Of a stretch of 64,000 nucleotides of DNA, positions 23,243-45,715 are shown in pieces. The notes below the pieces were generated by a model. That model worked only from the letters and a program-made list of their open reading frames with translations, was not told the DNA's origin and did not search any database. Where the stretch lies: the NCBI RefSeq assembly GCF_009914755.1, contig NC_060944.1. The stretch is one strand, 5' to 3'. Source of the stretch: the human T2T-CHM13v2.0 reference genome, Homo sapiens. Position 1 is the stretch's first letter. Every line of letters starts with the position of its first letter. The position numbers were made by a program, and so were the translations under genes.

Positions 23243-23685
23243 GGCTCAGCGGAAGGGGACGCCCAGGCCAGCAGCGTCAGTCCTCCAGGGTCCCAAGTCC
23301 TGGAGGAAGCAAGGCAGGGCACAGGGATGGAGTCATCTCCACATCCACACAACATAGCACTCACAAAGGCATCTCTAATCAGCTCCAAAGACCCACCCTT
23401 GAGTCCCAGACTGCTACCTCCTGACAAAAACGAGCGGCAACAGAAGGGCTACTCCAGGCTCTGGTTCCGAGGGCGGTGTAAGCGCACTCCACCCGTTTTT
23501 CCCACTGGATAAGCCGAAACCCTTGGGTAGAAAGCACAGAGCCACTCCCTCCACGTGGGGCTCAGAGCAGGAGGACAGGAGGGGCCTGGAATTCCAAGCA
23601 ACTTCCCTGGACGCAGGCTCCCGGCTTGCCAGTTCTTCCGTCTCTCCTGGCCTGAACTCAAAGCCAGCCCCAATCCCTGAACTGA

Positions 23686-29738
<6,053 letters not shown>

Positions 29739-30017
29739 CCAAGAAAATATTTTTAAACTAGTATTCTTGACCGGCACGGTCAACACTGATGTAATTGAAA
29801 CTGTTGTATTTGAAGTGTTAGCAAAGAAAGAGAATTCTGGTTCAACAGAAAAGTCAGTCACGACTTTTCAGTCACGCATGAATTACACAGTAACCAAATA
29901 GATAACATGCCATGACTGACGACGGGCCCACAACAAATCAGCTCCGACCAACAGGGTCCACACCACCATGGGTCTACACAGATCCAGGTCCCGCCTGTGA
30001 GCCTACAGTGACGCGGG

Positions 30018-30538
30018 CCCCTGTGGGGTGGTCCCTGCGGGTCAGGTCCCTGAGAGTGGGTCCCAGTGGGGTGATCACTGTGGGTCTCGTCCCTGTGGGG
30101 TGGTCCCTGCGGGTCGCGTCCCTGCGAGCTGGGTGCCTGCCGGGTGGCCCCTGCGGGTCGGGTGCCTGCGGGGTGGTCCCTATGGGTCGCGTCCCTGCGG
30201 GTCGGGTGCCTGCGGGGTGGCCCCTGGGAATCGCGTCCCTGCGGGTCGGGTGCCTGCGGGGTGGCCCCTGGGGATCGCGTCCCTGCGGGTCGGGTGCCTG
30301 CGGGGTGGCCCCTGGGGATCGCGTCCCTGCGGGTCGGGTGCCTGCGGGGTGGTCCTTGTGGGTCGCGTCCCTGTGGGGTGGTCCCTGTGGGTCGCGTCCC
30401 TGTGGGGTGGCCCCTGCGGGTCGCGTGGTGGCCCCTGCGGGTCGGGTGCCTGCGGGGTGGTCCCTGTGGGTCGCGTCCCTGCGGGTCGGGTGCCTGCGGG
30501 GTGGTCCCTGCGGGTCGCACCCCTGCGGCGTGGTCCCC
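30018..30538. repeat. G-rich composite minisatellite of about 15-bp subunits (CCCTGCGGGTCGGGTG / CCTGCGGGGTGG / GATCGCGT)
   Basis: Read directly. Confidence 0.92.
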
Positions 30539-30828
30539 CCGAGATGGGTCCACCGAGGAGGCCGCTGGAGGCCGAGCCCGCGCCCGCCCGCGGCGCCAAG
30601 ATGGAGGCAGGAAGCGCCGCCGCCCGCGCCCGCCACCGCCCGCGCCGCCCGCCTGACGCCGCCGTTGCGCCTGACGCCGCCGCCCGCGCGGCCGCCCCTC
30701 CCCCGGCCCTCCCCTCCCCCCGCCGTAACGTCCTGACGCTCCGCAGGGACCCCTGACTGGACGGCGGCGCGTGAGCGGAGCGAGAGGCCTCGCCGCGGGG
30801 GGGCCGCGGGCTCGCCGGCGCCGCTTAC

Positions 30829-30975
30829 CTGGGGCCGCGCCGGGCCTGCTTAGGCACCCGGCGGGGGCGGCGGCGTCGGGAGCTGCGGCGGCGGCGGGCG
30901 GCGGCGGCGGCCGCGGGCTTCGCTCCTTGTTGGGGATTCGGCGGCGGCGGCGGCGCGGGCGCGCGCTTCCTAGTG
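30829..30975 (-). other. GMEB2: GMEB2 non-coding exon 1 (5' end approximate), with short CCG runs
   Basis: Strong CAG|GTAAGC donor at 30828 inside the CpG island; upstream boundary inferred. Confidence 0.8.
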
Positions 30976-31099
30976 ACGCAGGCGGCGGGGCCGCGCACGC
31001 ACGGGGCTGGGAGGGCCGGACACTTATTTGGCGCTCGCGGAGGAGGAAGGCGGGGCCGTGAAATAAGGCCCGACGGGCCCCGGGGCGCGTGCGCGGACC

Positions 31100-32705
31100 G
31101 ACACTGTCAGCTCCTAACGCCGCAGGTTCCTCCTGGTCCCCGAGGCCCCCGGTCGGGCGTTGCCTGCCCCGCGCGGGCGGCCGGGCCGAGGGACGATGGT
31201 CAGTGGACGGACGGCGCCAGGGAGCAGTGCCCACGCGCGGCAGGGCGGTACCTTCAGGCCTCCAGGTACGGGCGCTCCTCGCCCGGACGCTGCTGTGTGT
31301 GAATGGGCGCGAGGGGACTCCCCTGCGGGGCGGACGCCTGAACACGAGGCTGTGGAGGAGGACGCTGTAGGGTGCGCGGACTCACGCGGAACATGCCAGA
31401 GGCTCAGCCAGCCACGGCGCTCCCAGCGTGGAGGGCGAGGGGCATCCGGGAGCGGCCGGGAGGGCTCGGTCACCCCTCAAGCTGTCACCCCAGTCCCACA
31501 ACCAGCACCCCGATCCTATCGCAGTCCCACAGCCGACACCCCGATCCCACCCCTGCCCAACAGCCGGCACCCACCCCAATCCCATAGCTAACACCCCGGT
31601 CCCACCGCTGTCCCACGGCCGGCACCCCGATCCCACCCCAGTCCCGCAGCTGGCACCCCGATCCCACCCCAGCCCAACAGCTGGCACCCACCCCGATCCC
31701 ACCGCTGTCCCACAGCCGGCACCCCGATCCCACCCCAGTCCCGCAGCCGGCACCCCGATCCCACAGCCGGCACTCACCCCGATCGCATAGCATAGCTGAT
31801 ACCCCGATCCCACCCCAGTCCCATAGCCAGCACCCCGATCCCACCCCAGTCCCATAGCCAGCACCTCGATCCCATAGATGACACCCCTATCCCGCCCCAG
31901 TCCTATAGCCCGCACCCCGATCCCACCCGAGTCCCGCAGCCGGCACCCCATCCCACCCATGTCCCACAGTCGGCACCCCGATCCCACTCGGATCCGGCAG
32001 CCAGCTTGGATCCTGTGGCCCTCCTCCAGCCCCCAGGGCTCATTTATATGTTTTATTGGCAGAGGCTGGGGCTGGCTCTGTTGGCCTCTGTGCTGGGTTT
32101 CTTCCTCTGCACCGCAGGACTGGCTCTCCTGACCTCTCCAGGTGTCATCGAACACCCTTGTGCTTGCTGTCACCCGCTGCCTGTCTGCAGGATCCCGGAT
32201 TCCGTATCAGGGGACCGAAATTAGTCGGAAAATAGGAAGCAGGTGCTCGCTTGGATGGAACCCTGACCCTGTGCTCACACTTGTAGGAGGAGGGCTCTGC
32301 AGGCCGCCTCCCGGAACGGGAGGTTCCCAAGCCACTGCACTTCGGAGGGGCTGTAATTAGAGTTGCACATTCATTCAGTTCCCAGTAAAGTAGAACGTGC
32401 TCCAGCCAGTGAGGAAAAGGTGTTTTTAAAAATTAGATTGGCCGAGTGCGGTGGCTCATGCCTTTTACCTCAACACTTTGGGAGACAAAGGTGGGAGGAT
32501 CACCTGTGGCCAGGAGTTCAAGACCAGCCTGGGCAACAGAGCCTGTCTCTGGGGAAGAATAAAAAAAAAAATTGAGCCTTTGTCAGTGCTACTATTTTAT
32601 TATCTGGTAAATATGAGAGGGTTCACGCGGTCTATGTGTGTCATTTATCTGAGTTTGCCTATCGTCACGTTTTGGAAATAAATGTCAATAAAGTCGAAGA
32701 GGAGT
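31100..32705 (+). ncRNA. MHENCR: Divergent spliced lncRNA, probably MHENCR (ends approximate)
   Basis: CAG|GTACGG donor at 31266; pyrimidine-rich acceptors ending at 32117 and 32141; AATAAA at 32677 and 32687; position head-to-head with GMEB2 matches my recollection of the locus. Confidence 0.65.
31485..32002. repeat. C-rich degenerate minisatellite of about 32 bp (GCCGGCACCCCGATCCCACCCCAGTCCCGCA)
   Basis: Read directly. Confidence 0.9.
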
Positions 32706-33172
32706 GCTGAGGGGGGCCTGGGGATGGGAGGGTGGCTACATCATGCCTGTGTGTTGCGCAAGCCCACCGAGGTCGGCCTGGGGTGAGCCCTGGGGCCTGT
32801 TCTGCCTCCTTCACTCTGGGGCTCCAAGAGACAAACTGGGCAACAAGAGAGAAACTCCATCTAAAAAAAAAGAAAAATCACCTCCAAGATAACTTAGCTT
32901 TCTTCTGCTGGCATAACAAATTATCTCAAACTTAGTCGCTTAAAAATGCAAATTTAGGCTGAGTGCGGAGGCTCACGCCCATAATCCTAGCACTTTGGGA
33001 GGCCAAGGCAGGATTGCTTGAGGCCAGGAGTTCGAGACCAACATGGCCAGAACTGTCTCTTTTTAAAAAATGCAAATGTGTCCGGCACGGTGGCTCACGC
33101 CTATAATCCCAGCACTTTGTGAGGCCAAGGCGGGCAGATCACGAGGTCAGGAGATAGAGACCATCCTGGCTA

Positions 33173-33800
<628 letters not shown>

Positions 33801-34015
33801 GGGCTATTCTTCCTTCTAAAATATTTATCATTTTTGTTTTGGGGATTTTTTTGGTTTGGTTTTTTTTGAGACAGAGTCTCGCTCTGTCGCCCAGGTTGGA
33901 GTGCAATGGTGCAATCTCAGCTCACTGCAACCTCTGCCTCCGGGCAGACGTGAGCCACTGCACCAGGCCTGTTTTTGTTTTTGTTTGTTTTGTTTTGTTT
34001 TTGAGATGGAGTCTC

Positions 34016-34334
<319 letters not shown>

Positions 34335-35707
34335 TCACCCAGGCTGGAGTGTAGTGGCGGGATTATAGGTACGTGCCATCATGCCCAGTTACTTTTTGTA
34401 TTTTTAGTAGAGACAGGGTTTTACCATGTTGGTCAGACTGGTCTCAAACTCCTGATCTCAGGTAATCCACCCGCCTCAGCCTCCCAAAGTGCTGGGATTA
34501 CAGACGTGAGCCACCGTGTCTGGCCATATTTATTAACTACAAAGGGAAAGATGATAATTTTTTTTTTTGAGATGGAGTCTCACTCTGTCACCCAGGCTGG
34601 AGTACAATAGCGTGATCTTGGCTCACTGAAACCTCTGCCTCCCAGGTTCAAGCAATTCTCCTGCCTCAGCCTCCCAACTAGCTGGGATTACAGGCGCACG
34701 CTACCAAGCCCAGCTAATTTTTGTATTTTTAGTAGAAACGGAGTTTCACCATGTTGGTGAGGCTGGTCTCGAACTCCTGACCTTGTGATCTGCCCACCTC
34801 GGCCTCCCAAAGTGCTGGGATTATAGGCATGAGCCACTGCAACCGGCTGAAAGATGGTAATTTTAAAGTAGAGAAACTGGGTTGGCTGGGCATGGTGGCT
34901 TATGCCTGTAAGCTCAGCACTTTGGAAGTCCAAGGCAAGAGGATCGCTTGAGTCCAGGAGTTTGAGACCAGCCTGGACAATATAGCAAGACCCCATCTCC
35001 GCAAAAGCTAAAAAGTTAGCCAGGTGTGGCGGCACATGCCTGTAGTCCCAGCTACTCAGGAGGCTGACGTGGGAGGATCACTTGAGACCAGGAGGTCAAG
35101 GCTGAAGTGAGCTGTTATTGTGCCACTGCACTCAGCCTGGGCAACAGAGCGAGAGTCTGTCTCCAAAGGTAAAAAAAGGTCCAGGCACAGTGGCTCACAC
35201 CTGTAATCTCAGCACTTTGGGAGGCCGAGGCGGGCAGATTCGTTGAGGTCAGGAGTTCAAAACGAGCCTGGCTAAATGGTGAAACCCCGTCTCTACTAAA
35301 AATACAAAAAAATTAGCCAGGCATGGTGACGGGCGCCTGTAATCTCAGCTACTTGGGAGACTGAGGCAGGAGAATCATGTAAACCCAGGAGGCTGAGGTT
35401 GCAGCGAGCCAAGATCATGCCACTGCACTTCAGCCTGGGCGACAGAGCAAGACTGTCTCAAAACAAAACAAAAGAATCTTGAGTCCTGAGTTCCTCTAAG
35501 GGAAATTCCAGGCACCTCGCCACCCTTGACAGGCAAAGGAACAATCTGATGAGGAAGAAGATAGAAACAGCTTAAACAATAGTCTCCCGGCCGGGGGCAG
35601 TGGCTCACGCCTGTAATCTGAGCACTTTGGGAGGCCGAGGCGGGTGGATCACAAGGTCAAGAGATCAAGACCATCCTGGCTAACATGGTGAAACCCCGTC
35701 TCTACTA

Positions 35708-36261
<554 letters not shown>

Positions 36262-36799
36262 TTAGAGACCAGCCTGGCCAACATGGTGAAACCCCGTCTC
36301 TAGTAAAAATACAAATATTAGCTGGGCATGGTGGTGCAACCTGAAATCCCAGCTACTTGGGAGACCTAGCTGGGAGGATCGCTTGAACCTGGTAGGAGGA
36401 GTTTGCAGTGAGCTGAAATTGTGCCACTGCACTCTAGCCTGGGCAACAGAGTGAGACTCTGTCTCAAAAAATAAATAAATAAAAAGAGAAAAAAGTGTTG
36501 CCTGCAGGCCGGGCACAGTGGCTCACGCCTGTAATCCCAACACTTTGGGAGGCCGAGATGGGCAGATCACCTGAGGTCAGGAGTGCAAGAACAGCCTGGC
36601 CAACATGGTGAAACCCCATCTCTACTAAAAATACAAAAGTTAGCTGGGTGTGTACATGTAGTCTCAGCTACTTGGGAAGCTGAGGCAGGAGAATCTCTTC
36701 AACCGGGGAGGTGGAGGTTGCGATGAGCTGAGATCACGCCACCACACTCCATCCAGCCTGGGTGACAGAGTGAGACTCCATCTCAAAGCAAAAAAAGAA

Positions 36800-37625
<826 letters not shown>

Positions 37626-37649
37626 CTCTTCCACTTGGCTGTTCGTTTA

Positions 37650-37965
37650 TAATGAACTGACAAACATACAAATTTTCTTGAGTTCTGTGAGACATTCTAG
37701 TAAATCATCTAACCTGAAGAGCAGGTTGTGAGAACCCCTGATTTAGAAAGCCCAGTGGTCATAAATATAAGTGGCTCTGGACTGGCTCCCGGGGTCTGAA
37801 GTGTGGGCAGTCGGTTAGGATTGAGCCCTTGTAATTTGTAGGATCTGACACACACTCCAGGAAGGCAGTGTCAGAATTTACCTGTATTATATTGGACACC
37901 CAGTTAGCGTTTGGAGAATTGGTTGCTGGTATAGAAAAATACCAAATATTTTATGTCAGGGGAGT
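37650..37965 (+). mobile_element. MER21-like LTR fragment
   Basis: GAGTTCTGTGAG...TCTGAAGTG...GTGTCAGAATT...GGACACCCAGTT...GGAGAATTGGTTG resembles MER21. Confidence 0.6.
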
Positions 37966-37985
37966 GAAAGAAAAAACAAAAACCC

Positions 37986-38342
<357 letters not shown>

Positions 38343-38477
38343 TTACCAGTGATAAAATTTGAGCTTTGAAGTAAGAATAACAATTTTGCCATTGTGCCCG
38401 GGCCAAGAAAAAAAAAAGAATTTTGCCATTGTGAAAGGCTTCCCAGTACTTTCTGATGAGCTTGACGGTGATATTAA

Positions 38478-38774
<297 letters not shown>

Positions 38775-39607
38775 TGAGCCGCTGCACCTGGCCTCTTGTC
38801 CTTGTGTTTTGCAGTGATGCAATGACCATGTCTTACATTTGCAACCAGAAAAAAAGGTTAGTGTAACAATGTTTATCCTGTTTTTCCCAGAGTAGACATT
38901 ATGAAGATTAAAAAAATTTGAAAGTGTTTTGAATATAATAAACTATGCTATACACACAACATTTTGGTGACTAGAAATACAAGTTTATTGTTTGTTGTTT
39001 GTTGAGACAGGGCCCTGCTCTGTCTCCCAGGCTGGGTGGCACAATCATGGCTCACTACAGTCTTGAACTCCTGGGCTTAAGCGATCCTCCCACCTCAGCC
39101 TCCAGAGTAGCTGGGACTGCAAACGAGCACCACCACGCCTGGCTAATATTTGTATTTTTTGTAGAGATGGGGTTTCACCATGTTGCCCAGACTGGTCTCA
39201 AACTCCTGGGCTCAAGCAATGCTCCTGCCTCGGCCTCCCAAAGTGCTGGGATCACAAGTATGAGCCACTGCACCCGGCTGAGTTTCTGTTGTTTTAAGCC
39301 GCTTCATTTGTGGTACTTCTTACAGCAGTCCCAGGAAACTGAGCAACTGCAGAACATCAAAATTGTTTTTCTTCAGCAAAAGGAGAAGCACTTGTGGTTG
39401 GCACCAGCTTTTCCTGTGCTCACTTCTGCATGGCCGCACCTTTGCCCGACACGAGTGCACAGCAGGCTGTGGGGGAGCAACTGGTTGAGTCAGGCCTCCA
39501 CTTGTGCCGTATCCCCACCTGCTTTGCTGGACACCCCTGTTTGGGGGGCACCCACTGCTGCCCCAGACACCAAGCAAGCACCAGCTGTGTCCAAAACATA
39601 CAGTCAC

Positions 39608-39894
39608 TGTCTTGGCCCGTTTTGTGCTGCTGTAACAGAATGCCACAGACTGGGTAATTTAATACAGAACAGAAATTTATTTCCTCAAAGTTTTGGAGGC
39701 TGGGAAGTCCAAGAGCAAGGGGCCATCAGGTCAGGGCCTGGTCTCTGCTTCCACGATGGCACCTTGACCACTGTGTCCTCACGTGGTCAGAGAGAGCCCA
39801 CTCCCAGGAGCCCTTTTAATAGAGCAGAACACTGCTGCGCTGCGGTTAAGTTTCCAACACGTGAACTTCGGAGGTGACACATTCAGATCATAGC
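39608..39894 (-). mobile_element. MaLR MST/MLT1A-like LTR
   Basis: TGCTGCTGTAACAGAATGCCACAGACTGGGTAATTT...ACATTCAGATCATAGCA. Confidence 0.65.
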
Positions 39895-39899
39895 AGTCA

Positions 39900-40220
<321 letters not shown>

Positions 40221-40251
40221 TCAAAAAATAAAATAAAATAAAATACATTCA

Positions 40252-40540
<289 letters not shown>

Positions 40541-40764
40541 TAGCCAACATGGGGAAACCCTGTCTCTACTAAAAATACAAAAATTAGCCAGGCGTGGTGG
40601 TGCGTGCCTGTAATCCCAGCTACTCAGGAGGCTGAGGCAGGAGAATCGCTTGAACCCAGGAAGCAGAGGGTGCAGTGAGCCAAGATTGCGCCGCTGCTCT
40701 CTAGCCTGGGCGACAGAGCGAGACTCCATCTCTAAATAAATAAATAAAATAAGAAAATAAAATA

Positions 40765-41230
40765 TGTTCACAAATCCTTTGACATTCCTCACCTCAAAAG
40801 CTGGAACCCAACTCCCTCCTAAGCATGAGTCTTCTCAGTGACTCACTTCTAACAGCAGAACTTACATGGTTCCCCACACCCAGAGGACATTGGGTTCCTC
40901 CCAATATCCCCCCACCCAGCGACCCCCACCCAGGTCGCTGGCTTTGGGTCCCCCAGAGCCATGTTTCAAGGACACTCAGGCAGCCCCTGGATGTCCATGT
41001 GGTAAGGAATGAAGGCCTCCTGCCTGCAGCCTCGGGAGGGAGCATTCTCAGAAGAGGATGCCCCACCTCCTGCCCAGCCTTCAGATGGCCAGGACCTCGT
41101 CCAACGTCCTGACTGCAACATCATGAGAGACTCCGAGCCAGAAACCCCCAGGTTTTGTACTCCTGACTTATGGGAACTGACAGATAATGTTCGTTGTTAA
41201 TTAAGGGGTGACTTGTCACACACAATAGGT
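40765..41230 (+). mobile_element. MaLR MLT1-like LTR
   Basis: CCATGTGGTAAGGAATGAAGGCCTCC...CAGCCTTCAGATG...TGACTGCAACATCATGAGAGAC. Confidence 0.55.
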
Positions 41231-41916
41231 CACTAAACAGCTCTGTCTGGCCTCCCAGGAGGAGCCTGCCTTTCCTTTTCTTCATGGGAAAAGTGCGATC
41301 AGTTTGTGAAGGAATGTCCGCCCCCACTTGATGCCAGAGGCTCCACATGGTGACTGTCATAAACTCCATCTGCCCTCAGTGCCTTGCCAGCACCCGGCCT
41401 GCGATCACCTTGGTCTTGCGGGAGGCCAAGGCCCACGTGTGTTTGTGTGTGGTGTCTGTGTCTGCGTGCCCATGCATGCCCAGGGTACAGGGATGCCATA
41501 TACAAATTCTTTCAATGTTGTATGTGGCATGTGTGTGTCTGTATGCCCAGGATACAGGGATGCTATATACAAACTCTGTTTTTTCGTTTTTTTTTTTTTG
41601 AGACAGAGTCTTGCTGTTTCGCCCAGGCCGGACTGCAGTGGCGCTATCTCGGCTCACTGCAAGCTCCACCTCCCGGGTTCACGCCATCCTCCTGCCTCAG
41701 CCTCCTGAGTAGCTGGAACTACAGGCGCCCGCCACCACACCCGGCTAATTTTTTGTATTTTTAGTAGAGACGGGGTTTCACCATGTTAGCCAGGATGGTC
41801 TTGATCTCCTGACCTCGTGATCCACCCGCCTCAGCCTCCCAAAGTGCTGGGATTACAGGCATGAGCCACCACGCCTGGCCTACAAACTCTTTCTTTCTTT
41901 TTTTTTTTTTTTTTGA

Positions 41917-42099
<183 letters not shown>

Positions 42100-42484
42100 T
42101 AGCCAGGATGGTCTCGATCTCCTGACCTCGTGATCCGCCCACCTCGGCCTCCCAAAGTGCTGGGATTACAGGCGTGAGCCACTGCGCCCAGCCTGCAAAC
42201 TCTTTCAATGTCTTTCTTTTCTCTCTCCTGCCATCTTCTCCCTTGCAGATTTCTTTTGTCTCTACGTCTTCCCCAGCTGAGTCCGAGGTCCTGACTTGCC
42301 CACGCTCCCTGGACTGGAGGAGAGGTGATAGCAAGAGCTCCTTCAAGCCCAGGAATGCCACCAGGGCTGCCCCGGGAGAGGAGGAAGCTGGGTCTCTCGG
42401 GGTTGTGGGGACCAGACACCCTTCTAAGACATGGACTCAGCACAGAAAGTCTAGACATCCACTACAAACACATCTCCCTCCTAA

Positions 42485-43097
<613 letters not shown>

Positions 43098-43615
43098 TGA
43101 ATGGGGTGAGTGGGGTGAGTCCACAGAACAGTGGGGTGCAGCCCCAGGGGTCTCGTAGCACCTGCCCCCATGTCAGGAAGTCCCACAGCCTAGAGGCTCC
43201 AGCCTCAGATGCATACATATGTAGGCCCTGCCCTTTCCTCCTGAGCGGCGGGCCACAGAGTCCTGAACAACAGGAAGCCCCTGAGGAGGGCTCCGCCCTG
43301 AGGGAGGGCAGGGGAGCCCCCGCCAGCCCCACCCACAGCAGCGGGCCCTGCCACCCCCCACCCTGACACCTCACCCCTTGGATTCCAGAGAGGAAAGTGG
43401 GCTTGTGTGTAGTTTACATGCTCATATCTTAAAATCACCGTTGTCAATAGAACAATTCATAATCATGATGATAAAATAAGATTTATAACCAGCTTCAGTC
43501 TGGAGATACACACAGAGCAGATCTTCACTCCCAGACAGGGAGCCCGCAGCTGCCCCCGACCCCACAGGTGCAGGACACACACAGACAGTTCAACCATGTC
43601 TTAAACACACAGGTG

Positions 43616-43621
43616 TTTATT
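43616..43621 (-). terminator. STMN3: STMN3 polyadenylation signal AATAAA (3'UTR about 43600-45248)
   Basis: TTTATT on plus strand, followed on the minus strand by GT-rich downstream sequence. Confidence 0.8.
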
Positions 43622-45248
43622 TAATTGTTCATTTGATTGAATTTTTAAGTTCACTTTACTACGTGGATGAGATGGGTGCATATTACAGTAGGCTTTCGCT
43701 ATGAGCGCTGCCACCATGAGGAATATCCCAGCCCTCAGTTCTGCTTCCCTTTCTGAGTCCCACAAAAGCCAGATGTGGACAGCCTTGGGTTCCCATCCCA
43801 GCTGGCTGCTCCTTCTGGGGCTGTCTTGGTGGGGAGAGGGAGATGGGGCAGTGGGTCCCTGCTGACCCCTGAGCCCTGCAGGGGTCAGGATCCTCCCGTG
43901 GTCCCTGGGTGTGGCTCTGGAAGACACTGGCAGTGCCCGGCCAAGGCCTCCCGCAGGATGGAAGTTGAGGGCCCTGGCTCTGGGTCCTAAGAGAACTCAG
44001 CCGCCCCCTTCACACTTTACAGCAAGGGGCCAGGCAGCAGCTTTGGGATGGGGCTTCCGTGGAGAAGTGGGGGATGCTGCAGTGGTACAAAGACAGCCTC
44101 CCCCACCGCCATCCTCCAGCTGACCGTCCTCCAAGGCCAGCACTGGGCGTCCAAGGGAAAGAAGGAACTCAGCCCAGAGGGTGTGGGCAGGAGAGGCCTG
44201 GAGTCAGGCCTCCACCCACAGCCCCCTCTGGGTGCCAAGTGGGAAGGGTGTTGGGGCTGGCTTGGGAACCTTACCCGCTGCCCTTCCAACACCTGGATCT
44301 GTGGGCAGCGGTCCCACAAAATCCCCCTTGGGGCTCCCTGAGGAGGACTTGTGGCTGCCGCTTCCACCAGGGCAGAGGGCACAGGAGGGGCCAGCACTCC
44401 AAAGGGCTCTAGGGTGGGTCTTTCAAGGACATCTGCAAAGCCCTGGTGGGGAGGGGCGGCGGGGCTGTCCCACGGAGGGGCCTGGGCCAGAGGCTCTTTG
44501 GAACTCTTGCACTTCTGAGTGGGGGACTGTCCATGCTGCCCACAACCTCTAGACCATGCAGCCTGCTCATGGGTCCCTGGCAGAGAATGCCCACTCCCCA
44601 GCAGACTCAGGGCAGGCCCCCAACTGCAGGCTTCCAGGAAGGCCCAGGGTGTCCACCTCACGCCAGGTGGTCTCAGAGGACCCCTGTGCAACCACATTAA
44701 GGAAAGCTGCAGCCCCCACCCACCCGCCTGCCAGTTCAACAAGCACCGGCTGCACACGCAGGCTCCCAGGCACCATCACCCCCCTCCCCCGTCGCCCCTC
44801 CCTCATGGGGAGCCCCTTCCCCCTGGAAAGACAGCAGGTACTGTAGCCTCGCCTGCTGGCCAGGGGCGCCGGCTCAGAGGACCTGCCCTGACCTGCACGT
44901 GCTGACCAGACAGCCCAGCGTAAGGACCCGCGATCCCACGCCACCGCCCTGGGTTTACCACGGTCACCGCCACCTCTCTCACAGGGCCCCCGGGGGACCC
45001 AGCCGCGCCCGGCCTGGTGTCTGCACCGAGGGACCGCGTCTCACGCCCGGCGGCTCCTGCAGGGGAAGCCGTGGTCAGCGACTCACCACGAGGACAGGGC
45101 AGGGCGGCTGAGTGCGGAAGAGAAGCATGAAGCTGGGGGCTGGGGTGGGGGAGGAGGAACAAAAGTTGCATCTAGACAGAGGTGAACGAAACAAAACCAA
45201 AACCCGAACGTGTTCCGTCGCAGGATGGGCGCCGCCCGTCCCGGGCCC

Positions 45249-45308
45249 TTAGCCCGACATCTCTTCTCGCTGCTCCTTGTTCCTGCGCACCTCGGCCGCG
45301 TGCAGCTC
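45249..45308 (-). CDS. STMN3: STMN3 exon 5 coding part (ELHAAEVRRNKEQREEMSG*)
   Basis: CAG acceptor at 45310-45309, TAA at 45251-45249; total CDS 543 nt = 180 aa. Confidence 0.97.
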   Translation of the reverse strand, partial: ELHAAEVRRNKEQREEMSG

Positions 45309-45715
45309 CTGCAGGACAGGGGGCGGGAGGGCCTGAGGGCGGGGGTGGCTTGGGGCGACTCCGGGAACCCCCAGGCGCGCAGGCCGTGGCGCCCTGGCAC
45401 CCGCCCGGCCTCATCCGGGCTGGCCTTCGGCAGGACCCTGACTGAGTTGAGGGGGCGGGAGCACCGGGGAGGCGCAGAGCAAGGCCAGGGACCAAGGACG
45501 GGTTTCCTGGGAGCTGGCTGGGCCCCGCTTCTAGCTCGTACCGGAGCCGAGCTTCCTTCAGGGCACTTTCAATATAATGAATTTAGCCATCTATTACTGC
45601 GGCTAGTTACTGTCCCGCCAGGACCAGACTCTGGACCTGCCTCGTGCGCTGCTGGGGACGCCCAGTAAACACGGGAGGAGCCCCCGACCCCCACCCCAGC
45701 TCAGCGCCTCGGAGT

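Larger units (their letters stand above)
29990..31480. promoter_or_regulatory. CpG island / bidirectional promoter for GMEB2 (-) and the lncRNA (+)
   Basis: Very high GC and CpG density, GC boxes, YY1-like CAAGATGGAGGC near 30597, TGACGC motifs. Confidence 0.9.

Noticed and set aside
29858-31345. 495-aa and other long ORFs over the GMEB2 promoter
   Set aside because: Products of a GC-rich VNTR and CpG island; periodic low-complexity translation
38999-39877. 292-aa ORF and the many LSPRLECSG / [12 protein letters not shown] ORFs across the window
   Set aside because: Alu and MaLR translations
44017-44757. 246-aa ORF in the STMN3 3'UTR
   Set aside because: Non-ATG start, GC-rich, no recognisable domain
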